Positions 49,915 to 61,568 of a stretch of DNA of 64,000 nucleotides are shown here, in pieces. Numbering within the stretch: position 1 is the stretch's first letter; each line of letters opens with the position of its first letter. The notes below the pieces were generated by a model. The model searched no databases and was not told the origin of the DNA. It saw only the letters and a list, made by a program, of their open reading frames with translations. The stretch is from assembly GCA_016748015.1 (NCBI GenBank), contig JAAOMT010000599.1, positions 393,099 through 457,098 on the forward strand. Reading direction: 5' to 3'. The position numbers and the translations under genes are program-made. This DNA is from Geosiphon pyriformis uo1. Lineage: Eukaryota; Fungi; Glomeromycota.

Positions 49915-52900
49915 TAAGAGAATTTGGTAGAAGAACCAAAGTGTCTTTTTCTAGATATCATAGATCATATCCAGCATCAATTTTATGTGCTTTTTCAGGC
50001 TTTATTCTTTGTCTATTGTTGTTGAAGTATTTGAGCTGTAAAGTAGGCTGACTTTCAATAAGATAGACAGGTGTTATTTCAATTTTTTCTGTTGCTTTAG
50101 GCTCACCAAATTTGATTTCATATTTGTCACTTTCACTGGGTAATGGAATGCTAAGAGCATAGCATTCAGAACACCATTGTTCATCACAAGGCATTATGTA
50201 TTCCTCACATAATTTAATGTTCATTTGCTCTAACCATTGAGCTTGAGCTTCTTTGGTCAGGTAAGTGTGACTTGCGATTTGATGGTATACTTCTATTTCA
50301 TCTTCATAATCAAATCCAGCTAATTCCAAGGTATATTTGATATATTCAGCTTCTTTCATTTAAAGGACATCTTCTTTGGTTCCTTCGTTAATTAAAACTA
50401 TGGCAAGTTCATAAATCATTTCAGCATAATGGGAATAGTGATAGAGTTTGTTAAGGGCACTGTTGTATGCAGCATTGAAAGGTGTTCCACGTTTTACTTT
50501 TTCTGTAATAGAAAGAGCATATTGACAAGTTTGATTGCAGACTCCTCCTTTAAATGCAATATCGATCTAATCACATTCATTGGGAAGCTGCTTTCCACAA
50601 ATAAGACAGGGTGTTTTATCCCATTTTCCGCTTCTTTTGATCAAATGGTCTCATTATTCTCAATGGCAGGCATTGCAATAGTAGCAGGTGTAACTTTCAT
50701 ATTCTTCCTCAGGTAAAATACAAGCTTCCATTAACAATAGTTTCTTGTGGCAGTCCTTATATTTAAGGGGAATATAGGGGTGTTGTTTCCTTGGTTTAGG
50801 TTTTGAGTAAGAGATATTCCATCCTGGGGTTTTGAATTCAGAGTGTGCTGTAAAATATTCTTGTTTAGTTTCATCAGCCCAATTGGACGTTGATCCAAGA
50901 GCCATGAATGTTTCGATTATTGGTTTTTCTTCTTCTGTTTTGAATTCAAAAGCCGGGGCTTTTTTGGAGTGTTTGTCGAATGTACCACAAGTGGTAGGTA
51001 CTCGGGCATGTTGTCCTTGGTAAGAGATTTGTAGTTCTTGGGTTTTCCAGTCTAATTTTGCATTGGCTTTTTGAAGCCAGTTGTTTCCAACAAAGGCTTG
51101 ATACTGGGGAGCATTTATTACAAGAACTTTGACTGGAATAGTGATTCCATCAAGAGTGAACAAAAAATTGTTAATTTCTCCAACTGGAGTTTTTTTTCAT
51201 GCCATCAACAGTAACAATTACTGTTTAAGCTGGTCAGTCAACATTTTTCTTTAACTGGTGCATCAACTAGTAAGTAATAATACTCCCAGCAGATCCACTA
51301 TCTAAGATTAATTGAATTGGCTTTCCTTCTATTTCAGCTTCTGTGTACATTGCAGTGATGGCTTTTTGCTCATTAGCTGCTGCATTGCTAAGCAAAAATG
51401 GTGATTCATTTGCTTCAAATTCGAAAGGGAAAATATCAGAGAGATTGGCATTTTCGGTGATTCTGGCCAGTGAGATAGTGGTGTTGTTTTTAGAAGGGTT
51501 TTGTTGTTGTGCTGCAGCTCTACCTTCCAAAAGTGCAGTATAGTAAAAATTCTGTTCTTCCGGCATTTTTAAATAACTGGGTTGAGTGTGGTAGTGATTA
51601 GGTCTTGGCTGGACTGGATTTTGGGGAACCAATTGGTTATTTGGGTTGACTCTGTTGTTGTTTGTTGTGAATCAGTTTTGTGGTGCAAATTGGTTTTGTT
51701 GAACTAATTGTTGAGCAGATACTTGGTAATATTGAATGGGAGGTTGTTGATATGGTTGTTGCATTGGCTGTAGAGCAGGTTGATAGTAGTTGTTTTGATA
51801 TTGAGATCTTGGTAGATAGTAAGCTGGTGGTAGGAGTTGGTAATAAGATTGTTGTAGTGAAGAGTAACATTAATTACTCCTGTTTTGTTGGTCTCGTTGT
51901 AGTTTTCTGCAATCTCTTTTTCAGTAGCCAGGAATTCCACAGTAATGGCAATTCTGAGGCTGGTTATTAGAAGATGATGTGAAGCTATTTTGATTTCGTC
52001 TTTGGAGTGGTTAATATCTTTGGGGTTGCTGTTGATGTTGGTTGGTGAAGTAGTTTTCAACTTTCTTTGTGAGTTGGTTGATTTTTTCCTCAGCTGCTGA
52101 GCTGGTTTCTTCAATGGCTAAGTTCACAAGTTTTGTATGATTGGCTTCTTCCATGGCCATTTTATATCTCTTTGCATGCTAAATGGCAGAGTTTAAATCT
52201 TTTGGGGCATGTGGGCGAACTTTTTTAATCAATTTATCCTTTAAACCAGCAATAAATTGATCCAAAATTTGAGCATTGGAATAATAATCATTAGTTTCAA
52301 GTTGGCGAATTTGTCTGAGAAGTTTGTTGAATTTCCCAATATAAGTCATGACAGATTCAAATAGCTCTTGTTTGATATTTCAGAAGCAATTCCAGAGAGT
52401 GATAAAAGTGTTGTTGTCAGTAAACTGTTCTAAAAAGGCAGTTTTAAAGGCTGTTTAGTCATTAAAAGGGGTGGTCAAGTTTTCGAACCATTTGCCTACT
52501 GTTTCTTTAAGAAAGTAGAGAATTGTTCTGAACATTCTGGCAGCATTCCATCCATTTGCATCTCCAGCTTTAGTAACTTGGTCAAGCCATTCTTGGGGAC
52601 TGGTCTCAATGTCTTCTCCATTAAATTCAGGGATTTTTGTAATGTATGCTGTCATTTTGTCTTCTTCATTTTCACTGTTTATTGATTTTTCTTGTTCTGA
52701 TTCAGTTTCTTCACTTTCCAGACTTTCTGAATGATTACTTTCATTTTTTTGTAAGTAATCGATGATATTGGCACTTGTTAATATTGATTTCTGCTGTTAA
52801 GTAGGATTTGTTGACTGATAATCTTCTGGTCTGGAGAAACATTTAAGTGGTGAATTTGGTGTTTGTGGTTGAACAAGTGAAATTGGGAATGGTGTAATAG

Positions 52901-53759
52901 AAAGTGGTAATTTGACACTGGTTCTTTGTTCAGGTGTTTGCAAGTGTTTAGCAGTTGTTATTGGTAGTATTGGAGTATTTGGGGTGGTTCTTGAATATTG
53001 TTTCAATTTTTGTTTGCCTTTGTTGCTTGTTTCTGTCTCTGATTCAAAATCAATAGAGTATTGAGATTGCACTAGATATGTTTCTTCACAGTATTTGATA
53101 ATGTTAAAATTAAGTTCTTGAAAGTAAGTGGCAAGTGTTTCACTGTTAAGGTCTTCAGTTCCCAACTGTGAATAGTGCACTAAATTATTGTAAAGGTTGC
53201 TTCTAACTTCTGAGATGTTGTAATTTCCAAAAAGATAATTGTTGATGCAATTTTCAATATATTGGTATACTGATTTTTTGATAACTTTAATTCCGTCTGG
53301 AATGTTGAATCTTTGCTTGCAGTGAGTGTAAATTAACTGGTAATACTCTAGAGTTGTTGCATCTGGTGTGGTCACCACTTTGAAGTTGTTTTTGCTATGT
53401 TGTTTCCATAGGAGAGCACCAAATGTTACTGGAGGTTTTTGGTCTCTTCTTAGCTCTTGTATGTTTGTTGTAATGCTGTTAATTCATGACTATGGAAAGT
53501 GTTTAAACCTCCGATAACTGAATTTATTCTTTTGAATTATCTTCTATAATTTGAATTGCTGGGCTTATAGTGGAATGGCCAATTCTGTGCCAGTTACTTA
53601 TATAGTTACATTGTAGTAAACATTGACTTTTTTCCAGGAAATGCTCATTTGGAAGCTTACTAAAATTGTGTAGTTACTTTGCTGTGAAAGTCAACTCTTC
53701 TACAGGAATCTTGTCTGTAGGCTACCCTTAATGATTATGATAAAAAAAAAAAAAAAAAA

Positions 53760-54318
53760 NNNNNNNNNNNNNNNNNNNNNNNNNNNNNNNNNNNNNNNNN
53801 NNNNNNNNNNNNNNNNNNNNNNNNNNNNNNNNNNNNNNNNNNNNNNNNNNNNNNNNNNNNNNNNNNNNNNNNNNNNNNNNNNNNNNNNNNNNNNNNNNNN
53901 NNNNNNNNNNNNNNNNNNNNNNNNNNNNNNNNNNNNNNNNNNNNNNNNNNNNNNNNNNNNNNNNNNNNNNNNNNNNNNNNNNNNNNNNNNNNNNNNNNNN
54001 NNNNNNNNNNNNNNNNNNNNNNNNNNNNNNNNNNNNNNNNNNNNNNNNNNNNNNNNNNNNNNNNNNNNNNNNNNNNNNNNNNNNNNNNNNNNNNNNNNNN
54101 NNNNNNNNNNNNNNNNNNNNNNNNNNNNNNNNNNNNNNNNNNNNNNNNNNNNNNNNNNNNNNNNNNNNNNNNNNNNNNNNNNNNNNNNNNNNNNNNNNNN
54201 NNNNNNNNNNNNNNNNNNNNNNNNNNNNNNNNNNNNNNNNNNNNNNNNNNNNNNNNNNNNNNNNNNNNNNNNNNNNNNNNNNNNNNNNNNNNNNNNNNNN
54301 NNNNNNNNNNNNNNNNNN
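53760..54318. other. Assembly gap
   Basis: N run. Confidence 1.
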
Positions 54319-55345
54319 ATTTTTTTTATTCTTTTGTGGAGTGGCAACATAGTAAAATTGACTGTCTGAGAATAGACTTTGTGATAGTCTGGTAAAAAAA
54401 AAAAGCTTCTCCTAGGTTTTTGAATATTAACATTATCTTGATAGCTTACCAGAAGAGTGAAAAAACAATGCAAGATTCTAACAACTGCATTTGTTAGCTC
54501 GGAGAAGAAAGCTCACCTTTATAAGAAGTTGCAATCAGCAAAAACCAAAACTTTGTGTCTTATAACCAAAGAACTCAACGAATAAATTCACAACCAGTAG
54601 ATAAGATCTTCAGAGACTGATAATCAGAACTAAGCCAATAGAATTATGCAAAAAACACATTACCAATAATTGAAAGCACCAAACATTACCATTTCTCTAC
54701 TCTACCAAGTTTACTTATAACACTATATTGCCCAATTTCAAATGCCAACAAACAATGTCCTTTTGTTTTGCTAAATTTAACATACCTTTAACATTGCATG
54801 TTGTAATCTTCTAAACCAAATTTGTTATTGAGAAAAGACAGTATTTACACCTAAACTAGTATTGTCTATTTTGGCCAACAGATCTATAACTGTATTAAAC
54901 AAATTTTTCAGAGTTATTTCCATCTTTGAAACTACAAAGGAGTTGAAATTCATTACTCCCACAACAGTCCTACCACTAATGACCACACCCAAACCTTTAC
55001 TTATCACTATATTTGCCTCTTGATTTTATAATAAAAAAGTTACCAATAACTAACATCTAAAGCTAGACTGGAAAACCATTGGCCCAGGTGTGTCCAATCT
55101 TTTAGCCAACTTGTCAATACACTCCACAAGACTGGCAAAACTGTGCTCAAAAATGACTAATCTATCATTTAATTCTACCATAACTGTTAGAATAGGCTTA
55201 GCCTTCAAAAAGAAGCCAAAAAAAACCAAATTTTTCTGTCCAGATAGAGAGAGGAAAAAAGACTCATTGGCAATACTTGCCCATGAAACACCACCAAAAA
55301 CTACTGGTCAAGCAACAAGAGCTGAATGTTTGGCATAAATGGCAG

Positions 55346-58300
55346 TGTTACAGGTGATTATTTAGGATCTCAAAACAAATAACAAACTCGTAACTTGGTG
55401 CTTAATTGATATAAATAATATTGGTAATATTTGAAGGTTTTTTGTTAATCTAAAGGTTTGATTGTAAAGTTTTTTGTATAATGGACAGAGAATTAAGTAA
55501 TGGTTTTATCCGTAGCTTTCCGAAACTGCAGTTTTATCAAATTTCTTTCTCAGCATAATGGCTGGTAATTCTCCTGGTAAGCTATCCTCAAATCTATGAG
55601 TGTTTTATCCTTGTTTTACCAATTTTTTACCAGTCACTATGATGTCTGTATTTCAGTGCTTAATTCTTAATCAATTTAGTAAAACCAAAGAAATAACAAA
55701 AAGAAATAAAAGAAAATAAAAGAAATGAAGAAATAAATGAAAGCAATTGCAAGTTAATATCCTGTCAATAGCTGTGATCAAAAGCTATTGTTCCAGTATG
55801 GTTAAGTATCAATTACTATTAACATGAAGTGCTGATAGTGGAGAGTGAATTGAGATAATGAATAATTATTTATTGATATTTGTAATGTGGAGGGTTTCTA
55901 ACTGATAGATTCTGTCTTTCTATTTCTAATGCTACTGCTATATATACATAATTAATGTTCTACAAGATCGCTCATATTCTCGAGTGATGTGCTATAATTT
56001 CTCAAGCAATGCTCACATTGCTGAGCAATGTGTCATATTTTCTTGACATTGCTCCATATTGCTGAGCAATGTGACTTAATTTTTGACATTGCTCCATATT
56101 GCTGAGCAATATGCTATGATTTCTGATATTGCTCCACATTGCTAAGCAATGTGCTTATGTGCTAACTACTACTTGTTTATTGGTCTACTATTTTCTATAT
56201 CTGTTTTTTTTTTATGAGTAACATTATTTTCTCCTTTTTAATATTGAGCTCTATCGAAATCTTCATTTTAAATTAATTCTAATACTTCTTTTTCAAGTAT
56301 TGTTTGTTTAACTCTGTTCTTCATGTCTTCTACTTGTGTATTATTTATTCTTCCCCATTGGTTAATGGTTATGGTTTCCATGTCAGCATGTAACAGTATT
56401 TCTGGATAATTCTGAAATATGTTGTATAGTCAGTACATTGTTTTAACATGTAGTGTTAAATTTGTTTTCTTTCCAATGAATTTTTCAATTTGTTGTATTA
56501 TGTTTTGGTTAAATATTCTTTTGGATTTGTTGATATACAACTCCTGAATATTCAACTTTCGACTTAATTGGTAGTAGCAGTATGATATTGGAAGTTGTTC
56601 TGTTCATTGTTTCCAATTCTCTTTTGTAAGTTCTTCTGTTGATGCCATAATAGGTATTTTCCCAAAAGTGTTTTTTACTTTTTCTATTATGTTATCTGAC
56701 CAGTTTTTATCATTCTTTGGTAATTGCTGATATGATGTATTCTTTGTCTTTCTTTTGGTGTTTTGATAGCAAATTGTTTGGTTGTTAACAATAATTTCCA
56801 TGTCCAGAAGTTGTTGACTTAAGGCCTAGAATAATTGTTGAGCTATGGTGTGAATATGATCTGGTATTTCTATTTTATCTTGGTTGCTTTTGTTGCATAT
56901 ACTGTGTCTTTATATACTCTTTTGGTTGTTCAATTTGATGTGTTTGGTTCAATAACTATGATTGGTTCCAGATCTTGTGGAATCTTATCTGGTTGAACTA
57001 GTATTCTTTATACTCCTAATTGTGGAATATTATTGGTAGATGATAATGTTATCTGGTGATATGGTTTCAATCAATTACCATGTGCTGCTCTGGCTAAGAT
57101 TTTGTTGTCCCATCTTGGTTTATAAGCTCTATTTCCAAGAATTTTTTCTATGTAAAATGGTCCATTCCATTTGGGGTCAAATTTTTCACTCCATTGTTTT
57201 TCCGCTTTGGTACGATGTAATAGTATTTTGTCTCTAATCTTGAATTCAACTGGTTTATTTGGTAGTTGGTTATTATGTTGTTCTTTTTGTTTTTCTTGTG
57301 ACTTTTGTATGTTGTCAGCTGCTTTTTGTTGTCTGTTTTTTAGTGTTTCCATTAGGTCATATGTTCTTCTTAACAATGTTTCTTGTAAATTATCTTCTGT
57401 TATTGGTTCAGTTCAATATGTATTGACCTCTATCTCAACTGGTAATGTTGTTGTTCTATCATATACTAATTCAAATGGTGTTGTTTGTGTAGTATTTTGC
57501 TTTATTGTCCAATAAGCAAATAATACTAATAATATGAACAAATCCCATTTGTCTTGGTTTTCTTGACTGATTTTAATAATTACTTCACACAATATTCTAT
57601 TGAATCTTTCAACTAGTCCATTGGTTTGTGGATGATATGGTGATAATAATGATCTTTTGATTCCAAATCTCTGACTTAATTTTGCCAGTATTCTGTTCAC
57701 AAAGTGAGTTCCTTGATCTGATAATAGTTTTTTTGGACATTCATGTTGACAAATCAAATCTTGATGAACAAATTTGGCAATAGATTCTGCATCTGCTCTT
57801 TGAATAACTTTTGCTTCTGGCCATTTAGTGAGATAATCTATAACTACTGCAATATATCTGTTGCCTCTGCTGGTGATTATTAATGATCCGACTAAGTCAA
57901 TTCCAATGCAATCGAATGGTTGTCCTACTTTGATTGGTCTTAATAGTTTACTGGGTCTTATTCCTCCTTTTTTCTGACAAACATCACAATTTTGAACATA
58001 TTGAATGATGTCTGGATACATTGATGGCCAATAGTATCTTTTTCTGGTTCTTTCTATGGTTGCTTCTTTATGAAAATGTCCTGCTGTTGGGTCTGAGTAC
58101 ATGTTGAATAATATTGTCTCTTTCTCTGGTTCTGTAATTACTCTGGTTGGTTGATCTGAATTTCTTCTGTTCTTTTGGTAAAGTATATTTTGATAATTGA
58201 TAAAATATTTTGATTGTTGTTTTATGTTGTTTTGTTCTTTTTGAAATAATTTTTTCTTGAACAATTGAGTATTTATATAATGTTGAAGTTGTTGGTATTT

Positions 58301-60111
58301 TTGTGTATTCATGTTTTGTTATATTTTTGGGTTGAAATGTTTTTAGATTTGTCTCATTCACAACAATCCATTAGCATTTCCATTGTTTTTTCTTTTTTTA
58401 TAATGTACTGTATAATTAAATGGTGAAAGTTTTATTTTCCATCTGGCATGGTGATTGTCTGCAAATTTTTTGTTTCTGGATTGAAGTCAATCCCTTGTGA
58501 TCCATATATATTTTAAACTTTTGGCTCAAGTATTCTCTCCATTTCATAACTGCCCAATAGATTGCTAAATGTTCCAGTGCTGGTGTTCCATAGTTCTTTT
58601 CAGCTGGACTTAAGCTTCTACTGGTGTAAGCTATTGGATGTTCTCTTCCATTTGGTTCTTTCTGTGATAGTATTGCTTTCAATGCTTGACTTAATACATC
58701 CATAGTGATAATGAATGGTTTGTTGTGGTCTGGATACATCAACACTGGAGCTTGAATAAGCTTTTTTCTCAATGTGTCAAATGCTTTTTGTTGAGCTTCA
58801 GTCCATTCATACTTTATATTCTTGGTTTGTAGATGGTGAAACGGCTGGACTAGTTTAGAAAAGTCCTTAATAAAGTGGTGATAATAGCCTGCGAATCCCA
58901 AAAATGTTCTTAATTCTGGCAAGTTTGTTGGTACTGGAAAGTTTTTTACTATTGCAATCTTATCTGGATCTGTTTTGATGCCATCTTTGCTCACCATATG
59001 TCCCAAAAACTTGAGCTCAGTTTTGCCAAAGAAGCATTTGTTGGCATTTAGTTTCAATACTGCTCATCTGAATCTTTCAAATACTTGTTAGAGATAATGT
59101 AAATGGTCATCAAATGTCTTAGAAAATACATTTGTGTCATCTAAGTATACAACTACTGATTTCCATAGTAATTTAGTATAGACAATTTCCATAAGTCATT
59201 GAAATGTCACTGAAGCATTCATTAAGCCAAATAGCATGACTTCAAATTCGAAATTCTCTTCTCTTGTAGTAAATGCAGTCTTTTTTTTGTTGGCTGGGTT
59301 CATGGCTACTTGCCAGTAATCACTATCTAAATCTAGTGTTGAGAGCCATTTATTTCCTCCAAAAGCGTCAAATAATTCTTGGATCTTTGGAGTTGGATAG
59401 CTGTCTCCTTTGGTTACTTTATTCAATTTCCAGTAATCTATACAAAAGCAAATTTTTTCATTCTTCTTCCAGACTAGTACCACTGGTGACGACCATAAAC
59501 TCATTGATGGCTGAATTAGCCCATTGTTAAGCATCCGATTGATTTCTTGATGAATGATCTTATGGCTAGCTGGTAGTACTCTGTATGCTCTTTGCTTAAT
59601 TGGCATTGCATTTCTAGTCTTGATTTAATGCTAGATGATGTTGGTGTGGCCAAATTCATTTTTACTTGCAAAGATGTCGTTAAAATTGCTGAGTAACATC
59701 TTTAGTTGCATTTGTTGGAGTGGGTCTAGATTCTCCATGTTAATATGTTCTAATTGTTCTGGTTGAAATAGATAACATTTGCTTCGTCTGTATATAGGTT
59801 GTGATATAATGTCCACATATCCACAAAGTTGTGGAAAATCTGGAATGTGGTTTGGTGGTTGATCCTCAACTTGAGTGGTTAAATATTCAATGATAGTTTC
59901 TTTTGGTATTTCAATAACATTTCCAGTTGTATTGTAGATAAGAATTTTGATATTTTTGGGGCTTTTGGCTGATATGTAAAGATTAGTGAGTCCAATATCT
60001 TCTAATTCACAAATGCTGGTTTTTGTTTCAAACAATTGAGCTTGATCTTTCACTTTCCTTTTTATGGCTAACCTATACTGATCATATGGTGGAATAGAAA
60101 TTGATTGATGG
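55346..60111 (-). mobile_element. Gypsy family-A-related copy A2 (3' LTR 55346-56223, ORF3 56238-56873, IN about 56930-58312, RT/RH 58343-59620), interrupted at 60112
   Basis: tgttaca...gtaaca LTR; PPT aaaaaggagaaaa; YLDD intact at about 59137-59148; 299-aa integrase ORF with HHCC and DDE. Confidence 0.9.
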
Positions 60112-61568
60112 TGTTACTCATAGAATATAGAAAATATAGTACTATTAGTCAGTAGATATTAGCCAATCAGATGTAGACATAGTAAATGTGGAATTCCAGA
60201 ATTCCTTTTAGAGGAATTGCAGGATTTCAGAAATTTCAGGATTTCCCAATGAGGAATTGCAGGATTCCAGAATTCCAAGATTCCTCTCATCAGGAATCCC
60301 AGGATTCCTGTCACAAGGAATTGAGGAATTGAGGAATCTCAATTATGTATATATAGCAGTAGAATTAGAAGCTAAAAAAACAGATCTTTTAAGTTTAGAT
60401 TTAATCTAAGCAACTCTTCAAATCACAACCATCTAATAAATAATTATTTGTTATCTTAAATCTATTTCCACTATTAACACTTCATGTTGATAGTAATCAA
60501 CACTTAACCATACTAGAACAATAGCTCTTGATCATGGCTATTGACAGAATACCAACTTGCAAATCACCTTGGCTTATTTCTTTTCTTTTTTTATTTTATT
60601 TTCTTTATTTTCTTGCTTTGATTTTATTGTTGTTTACTAACTCTATTGAGGATTAATGCACAAGGCACTGACATCAGGATAAACGTGACTGGTAAAAAAC
60701 CCAGGAATAAGGGTAGAACACTTGATTGAGGATAGCTTACTAGGAGGAATACTGGTCATCAAGCTGAGAAAAAAATTGATGAAACTGTGGTTTCGAGAAG
60801 CTACAGATAAAACTATCACCATTGAATCTCTGTCCATTATACAAAAACTCAACCAAAACCTTCAGATAAAATACCTTCAGATTATCATTGTTACCAATAG
60901 CTTTGAGCACCAAGTTATGAGTTTGTTATTTAATCCAACAACCAAATAGCCACCTGTAACATTTGGTGCTCCCTGTGAGGTATAATCCTACAGAGAACCA
61001 GCATCAACAAGAACAAACCAAAAGTGGCAGAATTAGAAAATATAGGAGCAAACCATTTAGGATTTGCGAAATCCTTGTTTCAACAATACAGCCAACAATT
61101 AGGATTAAACAGTAATTATTACCCAGCCGAATCTGTTTTCAATTTCTACGTCAATAACAAAATTACTGAATGTTTAGAAGGAACAGTTAACATTGAAGCA
61201 GCAAGAGAAAACTTTTACACAGAATTATTTCAACACACCAACTTACCAAGGAACTATAGTTTTGCACCAATAATCAGAGAAATCAACCAAACTATTAAAA
61301 GGTACACTCAACAACAATTTTTTATCACCTACGCAGATAAAGGCAAAAGAAGGTTACAAACACCAGCAGTAATGCCTAAAAAGATACAACTACCAACCTG
61401 GAAAAAACAAAGAATTGAATCACCAACTGCTCCATCTTATTACTACACACCGAGAAGCACCATCAATATAATATTAGCAAGCGTGTTCACATCAAACGCA
61501 ATATCAACAGTTAGACAATTCCCATTCCAAAGTAAACAAAGGAAAGCAGAGTTATTAGGACTATACGG
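60112..61568 (+). mobile_element. Gypsy family A copy A3: 5' LTR 60112-60961, PBS and start of gag
   Basis: LTR homologous to A1; tggtgctccctgtgagg; VAELENIGANHLGF.. aligns to A1 from 14507. Confidence 0.9.

Larger units (their letters stand above)
44323..53759 (-). mobile_element. Ty3/Gypsy LTR retrotransposon, family B (copy B1); 5' LTR runs into the gap
   Basis: 3' LTR 44323-45308 matches the 5' LTR starting at 53424; PBS tggtgctctcctatgg at about 53406-53421; PPT gaggaggagg at about 45312-45321; gag 53378-51800, PR ILDSGSAGS about 51300, dUTPase 49424-49990, RT/RH 48900-47586, IN 47535-46159. Confidence 0.9.
44116..54722 (+). mobile_element. Family C LTR (visible parts 44116-44322 and 54319-54722) carrying nested Gypsy B1
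   Basis: tgttat...tataaca ends; flanks caat/ctat (1 mismatch); removing it restores the LINE frame GNIVSIFTKTK; 10-mer agaataacac-type repeats at the 5' end. Confidence 0.65.
38565..55345 (-). mobile_element. LINE (ORF2 and part of ORF1), split by a solo LTR (42654-43489) and the LTR-C/B1 nest (44116-54722), and bounded by Gypsy A2 at 55346
   Basis: Tail and 3' UTR at 38565-38705; RNase H IYTDGS; degenerate RT FV(NN); EN LSGDFN; ORF1/ORF2 junction at 54825; frames restored across the insertions. Confidence 0.85.

Noticed and set aside
53700-54473. Long track ORFs spanning N runs (also 61979-62947)
   Set aside because: Artefacts of assembly gaps
60661-60990. Gag frame extending continuously upstream through the LTR
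   Set aside because: The same stop codons occur in that frame in an independent LTR copy (42.7 kb), so they look ancestral
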